Shown here: piece after piece, positions 22,801-35,300 of the stretch
Layout: every line of letters starts with the position of its first letter
How positions within the stretch are numbered: the stretch's first letter is position 1
DNA from: Antedon mediterranea
Taxonomy: Eukaryota; Animalia; Echinodermata
Direction: 5' to 3'
Assembly (NCBI RefSeq): GCF_964355755.1
Contig: NC_092676.1
Location: 3,945,888 to 4,009,887 of the forward strand
Length of the DNA stretch: 64,000 bases
Translations under genes and position numbers: made by a program
Notes under the pieces: generated by a model
The model's database searches: none
What the model was told of the DNA's origin: nothing
What the model saw: only the letters and a program-made list of their open reading frames with translations

Positions 22801-23874
22801 GTTTCTTGTCTGCAGTAAACTGTAGTATTTATGTTCCACCATTATTTTAGTTTTTCTGCCTGGCCAAACAGGTGTGTTTGTGTGTTTATTTTTTGTATGA
22901 AATCTTGTGAATCCTTTGTTTTTTAATCAGTAATAATATAAAACTGTGCAGATACAGGTAGGTGTGTTTATTTATTATTATGATGATTCAACAATGTTAC
23001 AACATGGAGTAAACTGTACCATGTAATCACTGTGCACCATGATACACCCAGGGAGGTATGCCTCTCGGATACACCCATCATGTACCATAAACCCCCATCC
23101 ATGTACATTCTCTTCTTGTTTGTGGTCTTATCAACCTTTTTGGGGTTATTTTTATAATACAGTAAAAGTGTGGATAGATCATTAATATGGAATAAAAATT
23201 GTCTTAAAAATTGACCCAAATTTGAGTTTCTTTTCATTTTTCAATTGCTCAAGTGTGATAGATTTTTGAAGAATAAAAACCAAACAACAGAGGGTTTACT
23301 GACTGTGCAGTGGTGTTTATTGTGATTTTACCTCATAATCTTATAAATTTTGTTCAATTCATGTTTTAGTGTGTTTTTCCTTTAACATATCTTGTCTCAT
23401 AGACCGTAAATGTATATTATATTATTTTCTATGGTAATTGGTAGATACCTACAGATTTATACAGATTATGTCTGTATTAAATTTATTTATCTATAAACTC
23501 ATTCATTTATTATTATTATTATTTGAATTACTGATATCATTGTTATGATTCCAACTAAAGTATTAACAATTGTTACTGGTATTGGAAACAATACCTAATA
23601 ACATACGGTTGAGCACTCCTTTCTTACCTTAACTTTTAAACCTTGTAAGGAGCTTCTTCTCTGTTAGAGAGATATGCCAAACTATCCATACAAATTATGC
23701 TGACATAGATGAGACAGAAAAATCCCTATCCAAGACTTAAACTTCAGTCCTCTACTCGTTAGGCAGACACCATCCCATTAGACCACTGGGTCTTAGAAAG
23801 CAGTATGCACATTTCTCTATATATAAATATGCAATTTCTTTTTTTGTAGGTATAGGCTATAGGAACCATCAACC

Positions 23875-25979
23875 ATGCCTCTGTCACTTCGAGATGTCAA
23901 ACCAGTCCACGTGAGTAGGGACGCACGTGAGATGAGAGACATATCCAAGAATTTAGAACATTATAAAAACTTCACACTGGTAAATGTTATTCGCCAGTTG
24001 AGTAACCTTAGCGCACATGCGGAGGATATTTTTACTTCCATCCACCAGGAGGCATCGGACATCTTCCACAGAATGCACAAACTTCGGAATAAAGTTCATA
24101 AACTCTCCAATGTGATTGACACACTGGATCCTTTGGTTGATGATGGTATGGCATGCTTTTTGTCAAAATTCAGTTAAATTCAAGTAAAAATGTTTGTGAA
24201 AAGATTTTTTTTCTATTTTATTCCAAAAAATTTGAAACAATTATGGCTAAATATCGTTACAGATGACTTGGAAGGTGCATTACAAAAGGTGCCATTTTAC
24301 AGTAACAGCACATGTGACAACAACTTAATGGACATTACAAGGAGACCCAAATGTGTTGAGGAAATGTACCAGAGGTCAGAGGTCATGCCAGATTTGGAAT
24401 GTCTGACAGAATTCAGGTTTGTAGAGCCATGGAGCATGGAACAATATTTTTTTTCAGATTTATGTATAATTAATAATATATTGTGTATAATAATGATTCA
24501 AACTCATGGTAGGTGCAATTATCACACTTTTGGTAAATGTAACTGGATGTTTTGTATTTTATTTTCTTATTTCAATTTTTAGGGAGGATGGTAAAAAAAG
24601 CTCCGATTTGTATAGTAATCCAAAGTCTTTCTTTGATTTTTGGCGTTCACAACAAGAAAAAAACTTATCAAGTCGAGGAGATAAAAAGAGAAAGGTAAGA
24701 TGACAGGTCAAAGGGATGAAAGGTCAAAATAATGACAGGTCATCACGATAACAGGTCAGCATGATGACATGTCAATTTGATAAAAGGTCAAAATGATAGA
24801 TCAGCATGATGACAGGTCAAAATGATGAATGGCCAAATTGATAAAAGGTCAAAATGATGACAGGTCAACATGAAGACAGGTCAACATGAAGACAGGTCAA
24901 CATGCTGACAGGTTAACATGAAGACAGGTCAACATGATGACATGTCAATATGATGAAAGGTCAAAATGTTAGGTCAGCATGGCAGGTCAACATGATGACA
25001 AGTCAATATGATGAAAGGTCAACATGATGACAGGTCAACATGATGAAAGGTCAACATAATGACAGGTCAACATGATGACAGGTCAACATGATGAAAGGTC
25101 AACATGATGACAGGTCAACATGATGACCTATACTTTAATACTAAATGTCACTTGCTTCCTTTTCTAGTCTAAATACAGACCTTACAAACGTATACAGCCT
25201 ACCATACCTTTACCATGCGACAGACATAAAGCGATGGTACAAAAGAAGAAGGCGTTGGAAAGGAAAGGTAAAGGAAGAGAGTTAGAAGAAATCGATAAAG
25301 AACACATCAGAGCTGAAATGGCCATGATGAGAGATAAAAATGACAACTTAAGTAATGGTGATAACGTTGAAGTGTATTCGGAGCTGCAAATACTAGCCCC
25401 TGTGGACCGGTCCGCATCAATTGCTGGCGGTCTCTTAAATCTGCTTGTGAATCAAGGTATGCTACGGTTTTCTGGTTAAATTTAAACATTTATTTTGTCT
25501 TTTTTATAATTTATTTTGGCTAATTTTTTTTTGTAGTAAATATTAACATTGTTAAATCTACAAAATGGCCTATTTTGAATTTTTTTTCCATGTTTTGGGG
25601 GGACAATCTTTAAGTGGTCAGGTTTCAACCAATACCATAACCTACTGGTGGCTAACATCATCTGGCCTGCTATTCATTAAAATGCTAGATTATGTAAAAA
25701 GAATATGTTGATATGTTATTTCAATTTATGCCACAGTTTAAAAGCCTTTTAGGCACAATGTTTTTCAGAACAGTGCTTTATAATATAGTTTTTCTTTTTG
25801 ATTTCACAAACTATAAATAAATACCATCACACTTTACAGGAATTAAGGTGAACCAAGAGCCAGAAGTTCAAGATGAAACGGATGTTGTTGCTAAGTTACT
25901 CCAACAACAGATGGAGTTAAGTGATGGAGAAGACGTTGGATGGGATGATGATGAATTTGATGATTGCGAAGACATTTAA
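23875..25979 (+). CDS. Divergent WAVE/SCAR (WASF)-family protein: WAVE homology domain, basic region, degenerate WCA, no proline-rich region; 321 aa
   Basis: Exons 23875-24145, 24263-24416, 24583-24694, 25168-25456, 25840-25979 (966 nt). Motifs MPLSLRDVKPVHVSR, NFTLVNVIRQLSNLSAHAEDIF, FREDGKKSSDLYSNPKSFFDFW are WHD-like; acidic C-terminus SDGEDVGWDDDEFDDCEDI. Acceptor at 23848-23849 implies upstream non-coding exon(s). Confidence 0.85.
24700..25128 (+). repeat. 16-bp minisatellite (AACATGATGACAGGTC) filling intron 3 of the WAVE-like gene
   Basis: Period 16 at 25021, 25037, 25053; diverged at the 5' end. Confidence 0.9.
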
Positions 25980-26074
25980 CATTTTGTTAATTATGGGATG
26001 ACGATGAATTTGATGATTGCAAAGACATTTAACATTATGTTAATTAGTATGCGTTGCTTTTGAATTTATAAAAT

Positions 26075-26310
26075 ACAGTACCATGAAAGCCATTGTGTAA
26101 TGGTAGGTGCCTGCAAATCAAGCAGGAGACTCCAAGTTCAAATCTATAGGCTGGAGCAACTGTTTTTTCCCACTAGTGCATGTAGTATGAGTTGCTACGT
26201 TATAACATACAGTGCCATGAATGCTATGGTCTAATGGTAGGATGTCTGCGTACCAAGCGAGAGTGTCCAAGTTCGAGTCTCGACTGGAGCACCTTTTTTT
26301 TACTAGTGCA
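26075..26310 (+). repeat. Two tandem diverged tRNA-derived units in the 3' region of the WAVE-like gene
   Basis: TGGTCTAATGGTAGG A-box-like, AGTTCGAGTC B-box-like, T-run followed by ACTAGTGCAT in both units. Confidence 0.55.
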
Positions 26311-26594
26311 TAAATATAGTTATATTTAATTATGTAGATAAATTGTTTTAGTAAGCATTTATTTTAATCATTTTTAATCATTGTAATTTTGTAAAACATT
26401 TTACCTGTAAATAAACTTTATATGCATTAAATAAAATATTATTTTTTTTTAATATGGAGATCCAAGGGGAGTGAGGAGAAGTTTATTGCAAATACTAGCT
26501 CCCCCTAAACTACAAAAAGAAATAAATGCAAAAGACATATCACTTCTTTTTACAATTTTTAGAAATGTGTTTCAAATAAAGACGAGTTATTTTT

Positions 26595-26720
26595 ATAGAG
26601 GGCGCATGTCACCTTGGTATAAAGTTAAATTCTTATAAAGAGGGCACGTGTCAATTTTTAAAGCCTGCTTTTCAACTTCGCGCGAATCGAAAACGATTGG
26701 TTTTTGCGCATGCGTATCGA
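26595..26720. promoter_or_regulatory. Putative promoter-like CpG-containing patch
   Basis: NRF1-like TGCGCATGCG at 26705, CACGTG at 26645, TTCGCGCGAA palindrome at 26677; motif-based only. Confidence 0.3.
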
Positions 26721-29224
26721 TATTTCAATCTATCATTGTACCTTTTATTTGCGATGATGAATAATGAAATGTTTATTATTTGAACAACATATTTATCCAG
26801 GATTTCACAATTAGTAGGTAAAAGAAACCCTGTTTGAAAGTTACATTACATTGTGGTCCTGTCTTAAATAGAAAAAAAAAACAAGTTTTAGTTTATGAAA
26901 TGAGATCGATATCTAGCTAGCTTCAAAAAAATTAATTAATTGTTGGAGAATATTTAATTTCCGTTGGTAAGTTATTCTATATTTTTAAATTTCAAAGGCC
27001 CTATAATTGATAAAAAAAACCAAATAGGCTTCAATGTTAGACCTAATAGTAGGCCGAAGTATAATTTTAGGAGGTATAACCTGAGGACGTCGGATATCCA
27101 TGCCATTCCTGTGGCCTTAGATGGATGTTCCAAAAATAGGCGTTCCGGGAGTGGCACAAGGATATTAATACTGAAATGTAAATCCCTTTACCACGTAAAG
27201 ATTAGATCTAGTACAGTATAAACCAATACTCAAAATAGGACAACGTGCGTAATTAGTTCAAATAAACCATTCTAACTCTTAAGTCTTAGGTTGCGTGCGT
27301 TTTCTATTTCTCTGTTGAGATCAATAGACTCACCGCAGACTCAGCGGGTTTCCCATTCTCAAGAAAGGTACAGTACGTATTTTTAAACTGTAGTTTTCGT
27401 TTCGAGAATTGCCGCCTAGTTTGTTTTTTACTTTTAACTGTTGTTAAAAACAGTAACTCTGCGGACGCTGTGATTGGTAAATAAATAAATAAAAAAGGTG
27501 ATAAATATATGACCACGCACCCAAAGAGAAATTTTATAAATGTCTATATCAGGACTAGAGACAACAACACAAGCAACAATAATTTGTCGGATACGGTGTA
27601 CGGATTCAATTAAAGCATTTTATCAAAGTGCTTGAGAAACAACGTGTCATAATAATTTATATAATATTTTACCAGCCAGTCTACTGCCGCTTGCTGGGGA
27701 GGCGGTGGTGACGCATTACGCGGTCACGTCATGTTCTAAATTAAGATCTCCATCACATGTTTCAACTACTTTAAGTTTAAGTACGGCAAACTAACAACTA
27801 GCAAGACACTATAGGCCTAGCAGTAAACTAAACTGATGCATTTTAGTTTGGAAAATGTTTTTTAACAAGTGTTTTTTAAATAAATTATATGCCTAACAGA
27901 TTTTAATCCGATAAAACAAAGCACTATTTTTGTTTCCAGCCAATCTCATGTGGAGGCAGAAATGGGAAGATACCTTGACTCGGTTTTATGACGTCATCCT
28001 ATCCGAACATGAACTTCAAATTACTAACTACAGGGGGTGGTCTATAATCGACAGTGGTGAATACTACCCCGAGGCGGTGTTGAACTATCGCTAACGAATT
28101 CCTAACTTTGTTTCATCTGATTTCACTCAGTGAGTGTGTTTAACGAAACCGAGACTTTTTAACGTATCCAGTCCCCGATCCAATCGCTAATCTTAAAATA
28201 CGCGCGGATGGTGGTAAATTAGTAATGACTATCATATTAATATAATTTAGGACTATTAATTGTTTCCTTGTATAATCGGTGTCTGCATACACGTAAGTTA
28301 TTTTTATTTTTTTAAGAAGATCGAGTTAATGTAGGCTATATGTAGTTCTGTATTTTGACAGAAGGCCGGCTATTTTGAGACTTAGTAATAGAAACAATCA
28401 TAATAATCATGGCCTAAATGTCTATCATTATTATAATGACCTAGTATTTTAAGACCATATCATCATTGATGACACACGGGTTACGGTATGATCTTATGAT
28501 GGTAGCAACAGCAGGGAAGTGAGTGTAATTTGTCACTCTTCCTGGCAAAAAGTATGATGCATTAGGTAGCGTTATGATCCTTATCTAACAGTTGAATTGA
28601 AAGACGGACCAAAAACTGGAAGAAACATTTAAGACTAAGAGATTTGCTGATTCGAGGCGCGGACGTGTCGTTATTGTTTTATCTTTCATAATACATTGTT
28701 TATAGAGCTTACGGACCCGTTACTTGTGGATTTTAAATTCTGATGAATAGGCTACCCCTTCTAATGGAACGAACTATTCAAGCAGTTCAGTATTCGCTCG
28801 AGTCCGTACACATATTGCTACGTGGAAGGCAAGTGAGGTCCTACCATGGGTAAGAACAAAATATCAAAGCATGTGCATTACATTATAATATAATAATGTT
28901 ATTGAAGATAACACTTTTGTCAAGTTCGGTTTTCTTGTGGTTGTCCTAACCCAAAAACCGAACTAGAACCATTTTCTGCAAAAACGTTCCAAGTTTCAAT
29001 CCTTTCCATTTGATATATTTTTAGAGGAAATATTTTCTCATCTCAAATCCAATAATTCTTGCTTATGTCAGAATATTTTAAATACAAATAAGAAATTAAT
29101 TATATAAATAAGACTTTTTATGAAGGGCATATATATAGCTCCCGTGTACATAGAGGGAAAACTTTTAGAGTACAGTACAGTAGTGAAATCAATGTACTAG
29201 TGAGCCCTCTATAAAAAAAACTGA

Positions 29225-29290
29225 GAGGCGGCCTTGGTCACGTGGCAGGTCAAATTAAGGTCATATAACGCCATATTGGGTGAGTTTTTT
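29225..29290 (+). promoter_or_regulatory. Putative PICALM proximal promoter
   Basis: GGTCACGTGG E-box at 29236 and YY1-like CGCCATATT at 29270, about 120-170 bp upstream of the ATG; motif-based only. Confidence 0.4.
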
Positions 29291-29398
29291 TTCGCTCACA
29301 AAAACGAAGAATAACACATTTTGTTGAAGTATTCAATATAAAAACAACATTTTTTTGAGATTCTAAAAGGATATAATTGGTGAAATTCATCTTCCAGC

Positions 29399-32300
29399 AT
29401 GTCTGGGCAGAGTGTTTATGACCGTGTGGTTGCTGCAAAGCACACAATCACCGGTTCCGATCTTGACAAGTCTGTCTGCAAAGCTACGACGGAAGAAATT
29501 ATGGGACCGAAGAAAAAGCATCTTGACTGTGAGTAGGCCTATGGCTTATGCTTCTTGTCATCTGCATTCCGTTACTTACCTTTGATAGAATGACCTTCTA
29601 CATTATACATTTAAATATTGATTGGGTAGTAGTCTTATGAAACTAAGGTTAACACGAACATCTAATAATAATAACCCCAAGAAAAATCGAAAATATTATA
29701 AACGAACACAAAAAAGTCAAAAAAAAAAAATGTGTGAACCGTTGTGTGTTTTGTTTGTGGTTAGGCCTATGTTTTTGCCGATGAGAGAAATATCTGAAAG
29801 TTTTAATGGAACGTTTGTGAAAATTCATAGTGTGCTACCCTACATTAATTATGTAGGCCTATCCTATGTTCGAATTCTGTTTGTGTACAAAAATGTGTGA
29901 TAAAAAGTTTAGGCCTAGGCCTAGCCTATCTTTCAGTTCAGGACTGCTAAATGAATGTCAAAAGAGCTCCTGAAAACCAGTATATGCTAGGCCTAATCCT
30001 ATACTCTAGTCGCCTCAGTTTTATTTAGTTAAACAAAAATCTGGATTTTTTATAAATCTGAATTTTTATTTTATAACTTTTTACTAAAAAACTGAAACAT
30101 TTATTTATCGTGGCTAGAATCCAACCATAAAAATTCAAAGCAATGTAAAAATCAACTTTGGGAGTAGTACTAAAATGAGAATGCGTTTCAACCCAAATTT
30201 GGGGATGGGGGTTTAGAGTGAGGATTGGAGGTGGCTGGGTACAATGGTAAATCTCAAGCCACCACCAGCAATGAATTTGAACTTATTATTTTGGGAGTCA
30301 CTTTGTTTTCGCAGACTTCTTTTCGGGGAGGCGACTATTAATTATAATTTCATTTCTGACAACATCTTTGTAGGTTTCTGCAGGTTTTTCAGATGCTTAA
30401 TGGTTTACTGTGCTAAACTGTCTTATTGTCTTAAGCTCTGTCTACACTATAAAACTAATTTGACTAAAAAAGTGTGCTGATGTGCCCAAATATGGTAGTG
30501 ATATACCCAAATATGGTAGTGATATACCCAAATATGGTAGTGATATGACATCATCATGTCCATATATGGGCAAATCACTTAAGAGTCTGATAATGTAGCC
30601 AGAGTTTTCAACCATAAAATGCATTTACCTGTTGATATTGAACCACTGTACTGTGTGTAGCTACTTATGTATGCTAACAGTTCTTAGCCTTGGTATTGAG
30701 ATGGTTCCAGTACATTACAGTAGAAGCATTGATCTGTCCACAGGTGTAACCACTCTCCAGGTTGTTTCCATGTGAACCTTCAACTTTTTATTTCATCTTG
30801 TATAACTTCCCGTTAACAACTACAGTAAATTGAAAGATTTTGATGCTGGTACAGGAAGTACTATATTTAGGAAAGACATATTATGTCCACTATTGTTATG
30901 CAAATTAACAATAACATTTATTATTAATATTATGCAACAATACAAAAATATAAGCTTGGTTCCCACTACAGTAGGACACAATGTACTGACGTTCTCGTAC
31001 TGTAGCACACATGATTTGATCAATAAAAATTTAAATAAATTTATTGCTTGTGTTACATCTTTAAGTTGTGTCCTTCTAGTAAAAATCTAACTCTGAGTTA
31101 TTCTTCTTATACTGTAGGAATTTTTTTGTCAATAAAAAGTTATTTATTTATTTAATACTTTCTTATTTATATAGAAATTAAATCACAAATTCCTTTCCTA
31201 AATTCAGTAGGGCTAGGCTAATGCATTTCCTTTGCCAAATATAATTAAGGAACTACCTCAACAGTTTGTTTACCATGACACATGAGGCCATGACATTCAT
31301 GTTGTCTGGAATCTAAACACTATCGATCTTTCTGTAAACATGTGTGGAAGGGGCAGGGGACGAGGGGTATGGATTACAGTATTTCTAGACAAGATTTGAA
31401 CCAATGATTTTGAAATATTAATAAACTCTTACTGGATTACCATGATTACCGTATTCATTCTTTAGTTCTATAACAAATCGTTATGTACAGTATCACAGTT
31501 AATGGCTAAAGCTCTGTCTACACTATCAAACTAGTTTGACAAAAAAAGTGTGATGTTCCCAAATAGGGTAGTGGTATGCTCAAATATAGTAGTGATATGA
31601 CATATTCTGTATATAATATGGGCACATCACATGTTTTTGTCACATAAACAGACCTTGATTTATAAATATAAGAGGAGAGCTCCTAATGGCTCTCCTCAAT
31701 ATGTTGAGGAGAGCCATTATTTTGATTAAGTATCCGAGGCACAGGCCCACCATGGTTGGGCCTGTGGCGAGCCGAATTTTGATTATTGACACCTCTAGAT
31801 GGCCGGAAATGGTACTCTCGCACGTAAAATTCATCGTAGGTCATTGTTCTCTGAACGTAGTCCAACGATGTATTGTTATAATTATCTACGCGTCGTTCGT
31901 AGGGTTAGTAAACACCATTGTCATCACCTTTAGAAGCATGGACAATGCAAACAAACAATGTATTGTTTGCTATTGCTAATTAAAATCCTATCTAAAGATA
32001 GTAGACATCAATTTTTGTAGCCACCCTAGCTAGGCCTACGCATCGGTATCCTAATTTGGACGGAAATCCGCCGACGAGACGACATCGGGTCCGTGGACCT
32101 CAGCTCACGCAGAGAGAGAGTCGAGGCTATCTAGTCTAGTTTCGGTGGCCTAATACACTATAAATTATTTAATCCTACCTTGGGTTAGCGAATTATAAAA
32201 ACAACGACACCTAGCCTAGGCTAGGACACCAACAAAATATATGCAAAATAAATGTATATTCCATATTAATTACTATAAGATTTAACATAAAGGCTTAAGC

Positions 32301-35300
32301 CTTTTAAAATGATTACGACATGTGTATAAGAAAAGGCCCGACCAGAATTTGGAGGGGAAAACATGTGAGCAGGATCAGAGAGTATTATGTTTCATGTCAT
32401 GTGACACAAAATCCAGGTACACGATCTTAATTACTGTTTATCGTCGGCAGCCACCCTCTCGTACTAAGTTTAAAAAAAAACATGTGAGATGTTGCGGTAA
32501 AGCAGAGAGTATCGCGTTTCATGCCATGTGACCAAAAAAACTAGGTCTGTATAATTACGGTCTTCAGTCGGCAGTCTTTTTGAGCGACCGATTGAACGCT
32601 CTGATACTATATTTAGAATGAATTGTTTACGATATTTTTCTCGCAACATCAAAGATCGTAGGCGCGCCTAGCCTATCGGGGGTAGCCATAACAAAGATCG
32701 TTGTATTTGGGGTTAATCATTATATATATTTTTATGACGCACTGTAACAGGTTGGGGAGCGCTATTTTAGGCGCTCATTTGATCGTTTTCAGGAGCGCCA
32801 AGGAGCGTCAGCGCCATGGCGCTCCTTGGCGCTCCTGAAAACGAACAAAGGAGCGCCTAAAATAGCGCTCCCCAACCTGTTACAGTGCGTCATAAAAATA
32901 TATATAATGATTAACCCCAAATACAACGATCTTGTAAATGACTGTACACTCAACACACTTTTCATTGTTACACACTGTAGCTGAATCACTCAGCCACCAG
33001 CTATAAGGTATTGCCATACCCAAAATAAATGAATCAAACAATATAGTGGGAGGTTTTATTTGTAACGTGTGATCAAACAATGGTTTGATTGTTTAATGAT
33101 GATGTCATTGTCAATGAAACTAAAAGCATATTGACCTGTTTCTATATTTGGAGATTGTATGTGGGAATCATGTCAAAGATATTCTACTGCAGTTTGTAAT
33201 TGCAGTATCTAAATTTTTCACATCAATTGGAGTAATTTTATTAATTGTTTGTACCAGTCATTACAAGCAACTGAATGACTACGCTTAATTAACCAAAAAA
33301 AACCTTGGTAAATAATTGCATAAAATAATTAAAAGAGTAAACATGGTCCCTAAAGCTTGGTTCTTACTAGAGACACAACGCAAATGAATTGACCAATGAC
33401 AAATGACAGTTTGAATAATCAATTGCTTCTCATTGGTCAGCTCACTCCTGTTGCGTGTACGGCCTTGCGTTGCATATCTAGTGTGAACCAAGCATAACTA
33501 TAAATTTCTGTGTTTTTAATAATAAAAAGCAATAAAACAGATATGATATTCCTCTACCCCACACAATTTACTATCTGTAGTACGGTAACTACAGTACCAT
33601 CATTACTAACTACAGTACAGTATTACTTATTCTAAAACTGGAATTCCTCCCACACAGACATCAATACAATGCTTACTGCTCTGTATTGTAATCCTCTAGA
33701 GATTAGGATATTAACTATTCCTGTTCTATTTACTATATTTGGGTGTGAACATTTTTCTCTCTAAAAAAAAACCACATTTTATTAGACCAGTGAGGCTGGA
33801 ATAAATATATATTTTCAGATTAGGATAAAAAAAAAGAAATTTCATTTAACCAAATTAACTTAATCATTATGAAAAAAACATGTCTGTAGAAATACAGTAC
33901 GTATAATACTATAGTACATAATAGATACTAGGACTTCTAATATTAATTTTTTTTAATATGTCAATTTTGGTCTCTAGTTAAAATCAATTTGGAGTATATT
34001 TGATGAAAAAACTACATTTTGATTTTAAGTTCAATTTTAATACATAATTTAGGGATCATGCAAAAAACTATAAAACTATTTTTTTACTTAAGTCAACTTT
34101 AATACATGATTTAGTTTGTTTTAATGTACTGTACATTAACAGTATATATGAGGCAAGCACTGCAATAACAGTGTGTATGATTACCCAAACAAGATTGCTA
34201 AATAATAAACAGATTAAAGAATAAATAAATGTAAAGGTCGTTATTACAGTAACTGCAGTAAAATATTTTCGACATTGTCCCTAATTAACGGGATTAATTA
34301 TGAAAAAGAGTTTTTTTTTACTTTTCCTTTTATTTTAGCCACTTTGCCAGCTAGCTTTCATTTTCAAACATTGGAGATATTTTAAGGAGGAGTCAATTAA
34401 TTAGTGATAAATGTAGTTAACAAGTTCAAAGGTCAAATCCCACCACCAGTTAATGCTTGAATTACCTATAGCGTTGTACATACTGCTGGCATCATGTGTT
34501 TTAAGAATGTTGCTAAGTAGGCACATTACAGACTAATGGCTGTTCGGAATGCTGCTAATGAAAATGTTAGTCTCTAAACATTTTAGGACGTTATCGTCGT
34601 TGTATCTTTCCTGTTTAAAAACGATAAAGCGACATGGCGTAATTGTAAGAGATCCTGTAAAATAAAGTAGGCATTGGTTTTTTGTGAGAACATGTGGCGC
34701 AGTTTGTTGGACGTTTGTCTACTGATTGTAAGATTGAGGTTCGAATCCAACTCTTGCCGCATTGCTTGTATCCTTTAGGCAAGATACTTTACTTATGTTT
34801 GCCTCTCTCCATCCAGGTGTGTAAATGGGAACACAGTTAAATTAAGACACAGCTTTGCGCTGATTACTAGCTGCATTATGGGAGTTATGTTTCCATACGT
34901 GTTTGATCCACAAAAAAAATGACTGGGATAATAATGTTCAGCGCTAAGAGGTTTCATATAAATCCAGGATATTATTATTATTTATACTGTAGACTTGTTT
35001 GCTTTACCCTCATTGCCTCATCCTTTGGATGGAACGTAAAGCAGGTGGTCTAGTGTACAGTCAGTATAAGCTGAATGAATGCATGATAAAAAACTTGGTT
35101 TACATGTTGCTAGCCTAAAGTTATCCAGACAATAACAAATCCTGGTTGCTAGCCTAAAGTTATCCAGACAACAACAAATACAGGTTGCCAGCTTAATGTT
35201 GTCCCTGAGACAACAACAACAATTTCTGGTTGTTAGACTATAGTATACCCAGACAACAAAATTCCTGGCTGATAGCCTAACGTTATCCAGACAACATCAA

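Noticed and set aside
28738-28800. Hammerhead ribozyme at CTGATGA
   Set aside because: No stem II followed by GAAA core found.
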